A stretch of 64,000 nt of DNA from Octopus sinensis (lineage: Eukaryota). This document shows positions 1 through 13,832 of this stretch, in pieces. The stretch spans positions 68,882,001 through 68,946,000 of the forward strand of contig NC_043000.1 of assembly GCF_006345805.1 (NCBI RefSeq). The letters are read 5' to 3'. A program made the position numbers and the translations under genes. Numbering within the stretch: position 1 is the first letter of the stretch; each line of letters begins with the position of its first letter. A model generated the notes under the pieces. It saw only the letters and a list, made by a program, of their open reading frames with translations. It was not told the origin of the DNA and did not search any database.

Positions 1-240
1 GAGAGTTCGATGATATGGTTGTTTATTGAATGACATTGTAGGATACATGTCAGAGGATGGATTTGGCCAGTTTGAACATAAAACAGATACGGCCTGTTTA
101 AATGCTGAAGAGTTAAGTGAGGTTAGCACCTTTCGAGTAGACTTGTAAGAAAAGGAGTTCCATTTAGTAGATTGCCAGTAGAGACAAAATGCTGTATGTT
201 TACTGTCATAGTAATGTAAGCTTTTCCATGAAATCTGCAG

Positions 241-605
241 TTAAACGTTGATATAAGTTAACTCTCTGGCCCCAGGAGACAAAGTGGAAAAGGCGTTGCC
301 CCAGAGGATGGTGAGGTGGATGCGCTGAAACAGCCACTCTGACTCACGGGGTTCACACATGCAGACAGCCATCTCCGCCCCGATAGCAGAAAACAAAGAT
401 ATAATCCGGGGGCCAAGAATGCCGTAGGTCTTCACTGCCACAGGCTCGACCATAAACCTGTCCGAAAGCGACCGATACTTAGTTTGCTTTTCAAAGCCTG
501 ACGCGCAGTGGAGCCTGTGCTGGTAACTGCTGGAGAAGGTGTCACAGCATTTGGTATCCCAGATGAGGGGGCCTGCCACCACAGAACGGGAAAATTTTCA
601 GTAGA
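241..605 (-). mobile_element. CRE-clade non-LTR retrotransposon 3' fragment (restriction-like endonuclease domain), frameshifted
   Basis: Translation across frameshifts gives FPFCGGRP/LIWDTKCCDTF...KYRSLSDRFMVEPVAVKTYGILGP...EPRESEWLFQRIHLTILWGNAFSTL. This matches the CRE C-terminal pattern WD.TC.DT..KY..L...F.PVAVET.G..G..E..LFQR.S..I..GNA. Confidence 0.75.
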
Positions 606-1142
606 GTATAGTTTGAGGTGGATTTGTTTGTAATTTCTAGCAGACTGAAGAACAGCATATAGATTTCCATTTGTATAACACATACAATTACTTATACAGT
701 AATCTATTTTTTTCCAAAAATAGATTATTTTTTTTTAAGAAATAGTTTTAATTAGTTAACTGAGCGACACACATTAAACTATATATAATTACAACAAATA
801 AATGAATATACCACATGGTCTATGAATAAACACTCGTAAAAAATTGGGGATTAAAGTTTGCATAACAATGAAAAAGAAGACCAAAAGAAGGCGTGAGAGC
901 GGAAATGAAGTCAACGCAAGTGAAAGAAAAAAACTGAGAAATAACGAGCTCTTACTTACTAGAAACTCTATAAGAGAGTTTAGTTTCCATGTAGTGAGGT
1001 GTTCAAATCCCCATGTAGACATGGATGATTAATGAACAAATCGAAATATTCTTGCTGTTGTTGGAATTAGTTAATACTTGCCTGTCTATTTCATCATCAA
1101 CTCAGCTTTTCTTCATTCAGTCAAATACTGGGGGCGGTATAT

Positions 1143-1211
<69 letters not shown>

Positions 1212-1393
1212 GGCTTAGCTGGCTTAGAAGATGGCTTAGTTGACCGAAACTTTGGAGTTACTTTCAATAATATTCTTATTTAAGAATAAATTTGTACTCT
1301 ACAAAAGTATAGAGTAAACCAACAAATTAATATAAAATTATTTTTATTATAACAATGTAAAAACAAACAATTCCTATCGTGTGTGTGTGTGTG

Positions 1394-1425
<32 letters not shown>

Positions 1426-1624
1426 ATTTGTATGTATGTATATATATATATGTATGCGTGTGAAGGCGGTGAGCTGACAGAATCGTTAGCACGCCGGGCA
1501 AAATGCTTAGCAGCATTTCGTCCGTCTTTACAGCCTGGGTTCAAATTTCTGAGGTCGATAAAATAAATGCCTGTTGAACCTTCCTTGAAATTGTTGGCCT
1601 TGTGTCAAAATTTGAAATCAATAT

Positions 1625-1710
<86 letters not shown>

Positions 1711-1729
1711 CTGAAAGAGAGAGAATGAG

Positions 1730-2060
1730 AGAGAGGTGTAGAGGTTAGGGTGTTGCACTCACGAACTCAAGATCATGGCTCCTATTCTCGGCCCAGGCGG
1801 TGCGTTATGTTCTTGAGCAAAACGTTTCATCTCACGTTGGTCTGCAATCGTTTCGTCATCTGATGTGTGGCAAATGTCAAAGTGATCCTACACCACCACA
1901 TGTACAGGCAATGTCAGTTTTATGAAGAGAGTGAGCTACTTATATTCTGGAAAGGAAGTATTATGATGGAATTGTCACTCTGTGGTCTTTTGATAGCAAA
2001 CTTTTCTTCTTTAGTGATGTTTGGTTTAGAAGGTTTAGGAATTGAGACATGGTGAAGAAG
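1730..2060 (+). mobile_element. tRNA-derived SINE, degenerate; same broad family as 6795-7119
   Basis: tRNA-like head (GTAGAGGTTAGGGTGTTGCACTC) followed by TGCGTTATGTTCTTGAGCAAAACGTTTCAT, a motif shared with the copies at 6795-7119 and 16183-16475. Confidence 0.5.
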
Positions 2061-4199
2061 ATGTTTTGATATCTGCGTTTACACTAAAATATTTCGCAAA
2101 GTTCGTGGAGTTCAGATCGAAAATCATATAGGCTTATACATACGTACAAATCTATACATATACGCATAAGTATCTTATTAAAACAAATATGTATACAGGT
2201 TCTTATAAAAGCATATGCATATAAAAGCATAGTCTGTCCATACTACTATAAAGTAAACGCTTCAATTAGATTGAATCTGCCAAATGGGACTATAAGATTA
2301 AATTCCATGAATCATGTGTAATATAAAGGAAATAATATTTAAGATAGATGCAAACAGGAATACATAGAGATTTCCAGGTGCAGAATTGCAGAATCATGCA
2401 ATCATCAAGGAGTAGCAGTTTCAATGATATGTAAAAAGAAAAAAATGGTTTAGGCATTAAATATAATAGACTGGAATGTTATACGTCATCGAGTAAAAGG
2501 TATCTTACGTATACTTAGAATTGTAAAATTGGTGTTACAATGATGTTCTAGTGATCTGATCAGCTCGCTTTCTTTATGACCACTGATTAGAAAATATACA
2601 ATTGTATTGTATAATGTGTAGCATGCATACTAGTGCAGACATGTAAAATAATTTGTTATACACTGAAATTATTATTATACGATGAAGGCTGCGAAACTGC
2701 CGTAATCTTAAAGATGACAGGTGGTTAAAGAAAAATATTCACCTCTCATACATCCTGACATTTTATGGTTTACATCGATCGGATCTCCTGAATTTCAGGT
2801 GCATAGAATTATGCATAGCATTCCTCTATACAGGATTACTATGTAGCCTGCAAACCCCAGATCCGCTGGAGCTTTCCGTGATAACCACATGATTCTATTT
2901 ATCCAGAAATCACACTAAAAATGTGTAAAAATGTGTGTGTGTGTGTGTGTGTGTGTGCGTGCGTGCGTGCGCGGGTGTGTATGTATGTATGTATGTATGT
3001 AATTATGCGTGTCTGTGTTTGTATTTGTGTCTGTCACCCGCTACCTGTATTGGTTTATTCACATCCCCGCCAAATAGCGGTTTAACAAAAGAGACCGATT
3101 GAATGAGTACTAGTCTTTAAGAAATGAATATTAGGGTCGATTCGTTCGACAAAACCCTTCAAGGCAATGTTCCAGTATGATCGCAGACCAATGACTGAAA
3201 CAAATAAAAGATTAAAAAAAAATAAAACAGAATTCGCTTCTCAAATACAGTTTTTTTTTTTTTTGAGATCGCGGAAGAAGATCAGCTGGATGATCAACAC
3301 CAGTTTCCAGGAACCATTATTGAATCGAGTTTTCGCGAAATGGCTGTCCCAGTCATCTAAAGTACATTCAAGAAATAGCTTTCTTCTGCTTGGAAGTATT
3401 GTCTGTTCGTGGATGCAAAAAAAGCTTATTTTGTAGTACATACGTTAGTTGGTGTTGGCAAGGCTTTCGTCCGCTTTGTGTCATATCTATTAATATCTGG
3501 TGCTGTACGAAGGTTAAAACCAATTATTCGACTCTTGCTGTCTTGTTGCTTTGTTTCATTTATTTTGATGAAAGTTGTGTTATGGGTTCATGCTGCTTCA
3601 TAACACGCTTCACCGTGGGAACCACCATTCCTGTTTCCTCAAACATGTAGAATGTCTTTTCCTTTTTTTCTTTTCAAAGGTATCAAAGTTTAGATATTTG
3701 TCATAAATCCTATTTGGAACACTTTAAGGATAAATTTACAATTCTTTAATATCATCCTTGCTAACCTCATGTCTAGGATTACCATAATTTTCAGAGGTGA
3801 AACTTGAACCAATGGAGGCTGAAACCAATTTCAATATCACACAAAGGTTGAAGAGCTACAGTGTGTGGGTTGAGTGTTAAGGAAGAACGAGTCGCCTCAC
3901 CCCACTAACCAGAGGATCTTGGAATTTTTACCGCTTGTACGTTTTCTTCTGGTGTAAAAGCAGTTCGTAATAAGTACTGAAGTGATACATGTATGCTAGT
4001 AAGACGTGTGACTTACACTTAGAAAGTTATGAGTCTGACTGAGAGACATAGATGGACGAGGAACAGAAACAGGAGCAGCTATTCTTTACCAGACAACGCG
4101 TATATAAAATATTGTAAAGTAGAACAGTACCATTTAAAAATAAAACTAAACACGTTTTTTATTGTCAGGGGATATTTTATTCAACCATCAGTGCTTCCT

Positions 4200-5420
4200 T
4201 ATTTGTCACTTGAAATTACTTCAGTAAGAAATTCATTGTCATTATCAATTTTGTCAAAATATTCTGAGCAGATTAGTGGAATGCTTATTTACAGCTCCTG
4301 CCATATTACCCCTCTCATCTGACCACCCATAATTTACTACAGAAAACAATTCATCTGGTGCAGAAGTACCAGGAAGACAAAGAATGTATTCTACTACAGC
4401 ACCAAGATTTTTTTTTTGCTAATATGTGCTTTTCATTGCAATGAACAAAACGAAAAAAATGTCACTTTTCTTCATGCTTAAATTTTTGTGTTGTCTAAAC
4501 TTCTGCCTTAGAAGCCAAGCCTTCTCAATAACAGCTTCATCAAATAATTTATCAATATTTATTGTCTTACAGTCTTTTGGTTCATCTTAACTGTAGCCTA
4601 CACAATACTGGGTTAATATATGTCTCCATAATTTAATCATACAAACTCTTTAGCTTGTTCAATGCTCTAGATATTGGCGACATCTTTCATAAAAACTTTT
4701 TAATTCTTTTTTCGGTTGTTCAATACCTTCACCTTTTCTTCAAGTTTTCTTAACAAGTCCTTTGCATTTAGAAGCACAAGTCCAAAGATTTTTCTTTCTT
4801 CTATTTTTGTAATCAGATTTTGCATTTTCAGTTTGATATCTGCCTCGTTGGAATTGTCCTTCTCTATGGCTAGAATCGATTTGTCGAAAAGGTTAAATTG
4901 TCCATGTACAAACCATAAATACATTTCTTCAAAATCATTTTCAAATAATTGTTTTGTTTTGTATTTTGCTGTTGTTTTTCTTTTTTCTTGTTTTTTTTTC
5001 CGGGATCAGATTTTAAACCTGCAAAAATGTTAAGAATTCGTAACACTGACAAAATTCTGATATTAGTATGTTGTAACAGCATTTTATATTCAACTATAAC
5101 AAAACCTATAAAGTTTTGAGACAAGCTTTGACGAACAGTTGAATGTCTTGAAACTCAATTTCTGAAAAGAACAAGAGACTTTTCTTCGCTAACGAAAAGC
5201 TTCAATTTGATTATTTCTAACTTCTCTAAGTATCTGATCATGACAAACCAGCAACAAACTTACTTTGTACTTTTGAAATTTCAAACGATTATTAATGTCC
5301 GATCTGCCTCAATCACCGCTGAGAACTCTGCAAAAGAGGTCACATTTTACTTTGTCAGCACAAAGCTTTTTTAGAAAAAGGTAATCCTTCTTGAGTACTT
5401 TCGTAAATGAACATGCTCTT
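4200..5420 (-). pseudogene. hAT transposase relic, internally deleted
   Basis: Broken minus-strand frames give a BED-like N-terminal piece (KCDLFCRVLSGD*GRSDINNRLK) and a dimerisation-domain-like C-terminus (LFDE...; PGTSAPDELFSVVNYGWSDERGNM, resembling PGTSA.VER.FS..N..WSDER). Confidence 0.55.
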
Positions 5421-5899
5421 TTCGGCAATGTAAAAAGAAAATATATATACATAAGGAATCTATCAGCATTAGATATCAAAATAAGCTGAAATATGTATTA
5501 AAATTTGTCTATTCTGGACGCATCAACACCAGGAGAAATTTACACTGTCAATGACAGCAAGAAAAAAAACGATGAAACATGCAGATCGAATTGCTTATTC
5601 ATTTATTCTATAATTTTCTTCACTCCTTGCTGCTTTAAGAAAAAGAACAATCTCACTAATATTCGTTACCTGTGAAGGAAATATATTTCTTTCCTCTATT
5701 CTATTCTTAAATATCTTATAGAGTCCTCAGTTTTGTCAGTATTCCATCTATTACGAACATTTGCCATTATTATCTGCTCATATTCGTGTACTAAATGTTA
5801 TAAAAATAGGTAATATGTTTACACTTTTAAACAAACTGAAGCATTCTAATATGAAACGTAGTCGCATGAAAAAAAAAGAATAAAAATGTAAGTATACAA

Positions 5900-6270
5900 C
5901 AAAATACACACATACATTTCAAAAGTCGAATGAGATTGCCAGAACTTTCCATTTGTTAGAACCCATGCCAAGTTAGTCTTCACGTCAATTAAACCGAATT
6001 TAACATTATACTATTCTTCTGCAATACAATCTACCATCAATCTTTTAATGGAATCCAACAAATTTTCTTGTCAAGCAACTTACTATCTCTGGCGAGAGAG
6101 AATTCTTCAGTTTGAAGAGACGGAAACCGATTCACATCTATGTAGCTAAGCCCAGGTTTACTCAATACTAAAGATATTTACTGAAACATTTACTTCTGTA
6201 AATTCATGGAAGTGACTGTTCATCAACAATGCGAATCAACAATAAAGGAACGTTAAATGCATAAAGAAGT
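5900..6270 (+). pseudogene. possible hAT transposase C-terminal relic
   Basis: LTISGEREFFSLKRRK resembles the hATC motif VT.AS.ERSFS.LKR.K. Heavily degraded. Confidence 0.3.
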
Positions 6271-6794
6271 GGGAAGTGCAGGATGCTACCATGTTGTTAC
6301 AGAGGAGTAATATTCTCTAGTTATATTACGATCGTTCTTTTATATATATCGCGTTCAGAAATGTATTTTAATGCAGGCATGATCGTGTAGTTAAGATGTT
6401 CAGAGTCACACTTATTACTTGTTGAATTCAACAAACTCTTACGACATGATGGGCAAGGGTTTCCTTGTATAGCTTCGAATCCGAACTGAATCTTGTTGTG
6501 TAAAAATTACATAAGTCCGTTGGATGGATTTTACATGTTTTGGAGCGGTAGACTTGTCATTCAGTTTAACACCACTATCTGGCCTTCGTGATGTTCTCTC
6601 AGATGCATTTATATTCGGTCCAGATTTTCAGTCTCTTCTTGTTCACCTACCAGTCTTGGAAGACTTACAAGAAGATAATAGGCGTTGTCTTTTCTCTTCT
6701 GACAAGGCCGTAATATATTGGCCCTAGGTAAGCATTATTTACAATATAACACTTCTCTCTTCAGAAATTAAGCTATCTTGTAGAAAAAAAAGGA

Positions 6795-7119
6795 GCACTC
6801 CGTCAGTTGCGACGATGAGGGTCCCAGCTGATACGATGAACGGAACAGTTTGCTCGCGAAATTAACGTGAAAGTGGCTGAGCACTCCACAAACACGTGTA
6901 CCCTTAACACGTAGTTCTCGGAGAGATTCAGCGTAACACAGAGTGTGACAAGGCTGGCCCTTTGAAATGCAGGTACTACTCATTTTTGCCAGCTGAGTGG
7001 ACTGGAGCAACGTAAAATAAAGTGTCTTGTTCAAGGACACAACACACCGTCGGGAATTGAACTCATGACCTTACGATCATGAGCCGAATGCTCCTAACCA
7101 CTAAGCCACGCGCCTTCAC
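6795..7119 (-). mobile_element. tRNA-derived SINE with V-domain-like core
   Basis: Minus strand: GGCGCGTGGCTTAGTGGTTAGG (A box), GAGTTCAATTCCC (B box), then TTGTGTCCTTGAACAAGACACTT...GTTGCTCCAGTCCACTCAGCTG. Confidence 0.8.
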
Positions 7120-7779
7120 ATCTTGTTTTAGTTCTAAACTAACACCCTTTTACCATTAAAACCATTGTTGACTTTTTATAACCATAGATCACATAGGCTA
7201 TATACAAACGATCTTCTGAAAGGCGGGTATTGAAAAAAACTACCAATGAAAATTCATTTTTCATTTTAGAGCCCGGAAACATCTCAACTCTGAGTAGTTA
7301 CTCACACTTAGCAAAGCAAATAGTCACACTACATGAAAAACTGTTAATAAATCAGTGTCTAGCTTCTAAAATCGTATTCAAAGACAGTCATATATCACAT
7401 AAACAAATCTTCACTTACATAAACACTAGCTCTTAACTTCGTTTCTTGCGTCACCATTCTTATAATACTAAGTACAGCTTTAAATAGCAGTGAATGGCAG
7501 AATCAGTTACTGCGCCAGCCACAATATCTAGTAGCATGTACTTCTATATTATAACATCAAATCCCAACGGGAATCAATTTATTTTTTTTCATTTTTTTAG
7601 GACGAGGAGAGAGATATTGAAGAGATAGTGTGAGTGGGACGGAATAAAGAAGAGATGGGTGTTTGTACGGGTGCGTGTGTGAGTAAACTAATTAATGTCT
7701 CTTTAATCGACGATATCAACCCGCAGAATTAGCGATCGTCTGCCAATGCTACAAATCAATATACTACATGAATGCTTAA

Positions 7780-8300
7780 AATGTTTTCTCCTTTACTGGC
7801 TTGCACCATCTTTATCGCTCTTCAACCAACAGCTTTTTTAACTGTTGACATTCCTCTTCAGTGCATCTCTACGCTCAATTCTTTTGGATAATTTTTACCT
7901 GTAAGATATAGGCAAAGCGATGTTGATAGAGCGTTGACACTTTCAGCCAAAATCTCACTTGTATAATGCTGATTCAAAAGCTTTCTTTTTTTAGACCAGA
8001 ATAGTCGACATGACAACTCTTAAATGTAGCTGCCAGATTGTCTTTCTGGCGCTTTATGAATTTCCATTTGTTTCTTCTAGACCAGAGAAAAAGTTGTTTT
8101 GGGAAATTGAAATCTTCTGCGCAAGGCAGCTCACCTATTCAGCAAGCACTTTTTGACAGCGCACCCCAGGTAAGAGACTTTGACCTTTTCTAAAGCTACA
8201 AATTTGTAACGTTGTCTGCTCAGTCTAGAAACGATTTTATAAAAGCAACACGGCAGGAAAGCTTTCATTTGGTATTTGTAACGTCTGCTTCTAAAAATAT
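7780..8300 (-). pseudogene. possible Tc1/mariner-superfamily transposase relic
   Basis: Broken frame KSLTWGALSKS...LNQHYTSEILAESV resembles the Tc1/maT stretch VMVWGAIS...INS..Y..IL. Confidence 0.3.
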
Positions 8301-9416
8301 GAGTTAGAAAGTATATGGGTACCTCTCGATATAAGATGTATAAGAAGTGAGTGAAATCAGTAATGTACACGGATTAATTCACTTATTATATACAAAAGTC
8401 GAGCTTGTTACGTTACAATTGTTTAGCCACGAAGTAAGCCTTGATCGATCACAGTTATGATCAAAAGCGTTCCATCCTTGTTCCTCCCGTTATTTGTGTT
8501 ACTAGGGCTACAGTTTCCAGTATGTCCATCCATTTTCAAAATAGTAAAATTGCTTTGAGAAATTTGGCTGCTATTTTTCAATGTGGTCGAGTGGCCGCAT
8601 AGAAACTCCTTTGTTGGATTGTTGCAATGCAAAAAAAAAAAAAATGAGCTTTGTTTTAGCAATAACAACTGTTGGTTCGAATCAACTTCTCACCTATGTT
8701 TTACAATAGTTAAGACAAAAGTGGATTTTTTTGTGCAAGAATATGACGAAAATATTGATTTGTTACATAGGCACAAGGCTTAAATTTGGGAGGAAAGAAC
8801 AATCGAATATATCAACCCGAGTATTTGATTAGTACTTTGCGATGAACAATTCTGTTGCTTATTCACGCTATGATCATAGACATTATAAATCTAAGATAGT
8901 CTTCGTTCTCAAACGATTACTTCAAATTAGGCTGAACACACCCACACACACAATCATACATACATACATACATACGTACGTGCATGTAAACTTCACTTTT
9001 TATTTATACCTATGTTTATTGGGACATTTTGTTATGTAACTAACTGCGTCGACACCAATCTTGAGAAACTAGGCTACACAAAACCAGAAAGGAAATGGTT
9101 AATTAAGAAATTACAATTACTAGCTATTAATAGAACTGTGAAAATATGTAAAACATTGCAGACGTTTAGCCTGTAGATTTATACATACGTATAGACATGC
9201 AAACATAAACATATGTGCATATACACATACATAATTCAAAGCATACTGATCTACACATGTAAATGACATGCATGCGCACATACATATATGTGTAGAAACG
9301 TGCATGCATATCCACCTACTTAGTGTCTAAATTCCAATGAAAACATTTTGTTTTGGGATTGGAAACGAGTTCTTTCATTAATGGTGAGAAATTTCTAAGA
9401 TGAAACCAGAAGAACG

Positions 9417-9456
9417 AACATACATACATACATACATACATACATACATACATACA

Positions 9457-9488
<32 letters not shown>

Positions 9489-9541
9489 CATACATACATA
9501 CATACATACATACATAAATACATACACATACACATACATAC

Positions 9542-9572
<31 letters not shown>

Positions 9573-9615
9573 CATACATACATACATACATACATACATA
9601 CATACATACATACAC
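9417..9615. repeat. (TACA)n microsatellite
   Basis: Directly visible; produces the spurious HTYI/MYVC ORFs. Confidence 0.95.
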
Positions 9616-10219
9616 AAAAGACTGCAGGGTGCACTGGATATCTGTGGATACAACTTCAATAGGTTATAAATGGAATGTGAACCAACATGACGTTATGCAG
9701 AGTCAGATTTAAGTTTCTCAATTTTTTCAGACAATCGACAGTATCAACATGGCGACACTCCACTCTCACACAAGAAAGCAAAAGGCACACACTACTAGTA
9801 GCCATAGTTACCAAGTACAGGGACTCAGAGCACACCAGCTTCTTGAATTTAACCGACTCTTCTATGTTCATAAAAAAAAAAAGAGCCGGTAGCTTCTGGC
9901 GGGGACGCGTCATCTATAGTTAAAAAAAACGTTCTTAGCTGTCACATGTCCACAAGACGGCCAAGTTAATCTTGCAAGTCCAGGATATCGTCACCAAACC
10001 CTCTAGCAGGCAGCGCCAGATTTAGAGATCGTGGGATCCCTGGGTACGGAGAGATCCTACGAATTTGCAAATTCAAAGCATAATGAGATAAAAGTCTATA
10101 AGATTCAGAGTAAGAACTGTAGATATTAATTTTGATAAAAGTTAATCTTATATATCTCTATCATAGATAATGCCGTTCAATGTTGATTGAGTTGCCTGAA
10201 GGTGGTTCTGTCTCTTAAA

Positions 10220-10812
<593 letters not shown>

Positions 10813-11449
10813 GAATATACGAGAATTTTTATTAATCATGATAATTGTTTCGACACATCTAACATCGATCCCTCCTGAGTGGAATACCTAACAGCTGGTT
10901 CCGGAGCATCCGGCGATGCAGATATATCTCATCGGGTGATAAATAGATAAATAGATACAACTCGTTAAAATAACAGTTCCAGCAAACGATGGAAATACCT
11001 TCATTTATATAGAAGATCAAAAATAAAATCACAGATGCAAAAAAGAAACTAACACGCAATACTGCGAGAAAGTATTGAAAATAACCGTTAACAGATAAGG
11101 ATGTCTAAATGCCCTCATACAAGCTGCATGGCTCGTGTACACTCGCTCATACGAGCATCCATGAAAATGTAAGCAAACGCACACGTGTGGTTTGATGCGC
11201 ACACGATCACAAAGCGAGTTAAATAGCTACTTGGTGTTTATAAGAATAGGGAGGTTAAAGTTAAACTTAATTCATCCATACCTTAAAGTAAATTATGTTA
11301 ACAGTTACTCAAATTCATTCCCACTGGATTGTACGAAAGCACATTTATACACACACGCGCGCTATGATTTTTAGATAGGAAAAAAAAAACCTTTCGCATT
11401 TAAAGATTGGAAAGAAACAAATACTTCTTGGTCTTAATTGACATATTTA

Positions 11450-12400
11450 ATCAAGATAACATTTCCTCTCATTATTGATAGCATAATCTCATCTATTTGA
11501 TAAATTCTTGATCCCTTAAGTATAAAATTCTTCAACTTTCGAAGCAGTGAATATCCTTTTTAACTACTTCACAAGTAATAACTTGATTTCCATCTAAATG
11601 ATGCTTCATGATCTGAAAAAGATGTACCAAGGTCAGGGAAGTTTGGAGAAAGAGGCAAACTTCTACATTTAGAGCCATAATCTTTTCGTAAGTAACTTGG
11701 GCAGTAAGTCGTCTTGCATTATTGAGTAATAGAAATACCTCCCTAAGATTGACCAATGATGGGCGCTTTTTCTGCTAATTCTTGTGAAATGCTTCCCATT
11801 GATGAAAATACTTCCCCATATTAACTTTGATTTTAGTTTAAAACTTGATGATATACTACACGCTTCACAGCCGACCAGAGAACAACTTTTTTCGAGTGAT
11901 TTGGGGAGGGATTCTTCTTTTTCAGTGGCTGCAGACCATTGTTGATTTCGTTGAATATGTCTATACATAACCCAGTTTTCATCACTTTATGATGTTCCTA
12001 CTCAGGAAACGTTGGGTAGCAAGTCTGCTCTTCAGGGACAAGCAGAGGGTAACTCTTTTATTAAGCTGAGAATCAGTCACGTGATGAGGGACCAACTGAT
12101 CAAGTTTAGTTACTTTCCCTAGTTCAAGGTGTTTTATGATCAAACTGTTACTTAAATTGAGCTGTTTTGCTAATTCCTGTGCAATTTGCTTTAAATTTTC
12201 CTCAACTACGGTTTTCAAAAACTTACTATTGACAGTACTCAATCATCCAGATCTTCAAGCGAAACTAGCCAAACCATCACTGGCATATCCGAACGCTTAA
12301 AGCTTCATTTCCAGAGAGGGAACGAATATTTCTTACCGATTCCATTGCTGAAGACTCCCTAATTAATTCACGCAGGATACACTGTTTGAAATAGGTCTGA
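11450..12400 (-). mobile_element. mariner (DD34D-type) transposase relic
   Basis: HTH-region LKTVVEEN...QELAKQLNLSNSLIIKHL.LGKVTKLDQLVPH (WVPH motif decayed), WVMY, and LVNLREVFLLLNNARRLTA (from HDNARPH). Many stops and frameshifts. Confidence 0.8.
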
Positions 12401-13653
12401 TCTAAACTCATTTTAAAAGGGCAAAATCGATACGAATTTAACCACTATGGTATAAAGTAATCTTCAAAGAAAGAAAAAAAAAACATTAGAATGCAAAAAT
12501 TAATGCGTACTTTACCGTAAGTATTTAAAAAATATTCTCAAAGGGATCATACCAAAAATGCAAGAGGACTTTTTTCCAACCTAAACTAATAGCTTTCAAT
12601 AATACAGAAATTTCAGTTATGAAGGATTAGTTTTCAGTTTTCTTTTTCATCTATTGCCGTTCTTAACACCAAAGCATTTCAATTTTATACAATTCCTCAT
12701 ACTGACACATTTCAGTTTTGCAAGGTACACTAGTTACATAACCATAGAATCACAATTTATTAATTTTCTTTTTACCTTTCAGTTTTGATCTGATATGTTT
12801 CAGTTCTTAACACTGATGCTTTTCCTTCATTTTCTTCAATACATTTACAAACACAAAAGTGTTACAACGTCCTCCAACAAAATTATGCGTCGTACGAACC
12901 AACGAAAACGTATTTAACATAGCTTACAAACCAAAATGCAAATTAAGACAAGAAGAGGTCATTAAAACAAAAACAGATGAAGAAGAGCAATTGAAAAAGA
13001 ACTGTAGACAATTACCAATGAAAATACGGTTGAGTGGTTTTTTTACGTGGAACAAGACAATCAACGGAGACCGCTTTAAAGAACTCGATCGGAGAATGCA
13101 AATACTGAACATAATCGGCTGACATTCCATGGGATCGCTTTAAGCAATGTTACCGGATAACGAGTTTGTAGTTCTGTTTCATGAGAATTGCAAAGAATAC
13201 TTGGTTATGGTTAATACCGGAGTGCTTTCAATAATTATTCCCCCAAATAAACAGGTTTCTAAAATTGGTATCCAAAGATACAGTTGGCTCACAGTAGAAG
13301 TGGTTGTCATTATGTTAGATAATAATTTGGAAACTTCACAACCAAATCGACTTATTAGGCTTCCCCAAAGAGAAGACTTAACAGAAGTAATATGAGTCAC
13401 ATCACCCGGAGAAAACAGATTTTATATGGTCCCTTCTACGATCACTTGCAAGCCAACAAAGTGAAACCGTCTTCACACAGTAGACAGATAACACGTTCTA
13501 CATAATCGCCATATTCGATAAACAACGTCGCTACCAAATGCGTATTCTCTTTAGGGTAGCATGTTAGCGCTATACCTTATTAGTGTTTGTCTTCTTCGGA
13601 CACGAATGGACAAAAATCACATATATAGATATGTACGCGTGTATATGATGTAA

Positions 13654-13704
<51 letters not shown>

Positions 13705-13797
13705 AGCACATAAGCGCAAAACAAGGTGGAAAAAATAGTACCTGAATACAAAAAGTAGAGTAATATGCTTTTTATTAAATCCCGGACAGCTGTGATA

Positions 13798-13828
<31 letters not shown>

Positions 13829-13832
<4 letters not shown>

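Noticed and set aside
1222-1255. TTAGAAGATGGC...CCGAAAC hammerhead-like remnant
   Set aside because: The core is too degenerate and there is no convincing stem I or stem III.
3241-3660. Protein-like minus-strand frame (KSRIIGFNLRTAPD...LECTLDDWDSHF)
   Set aside because: No recognisable family, and no splice context I can verify.
12859-13395. ORFs with a weak aspartic-protease-like LVMVNTGVLSIIIPP stretch
   Set aside because: The catalytic Asp is absent and there are no neighbouring gag/RT motifs; cannot be supported without a search.
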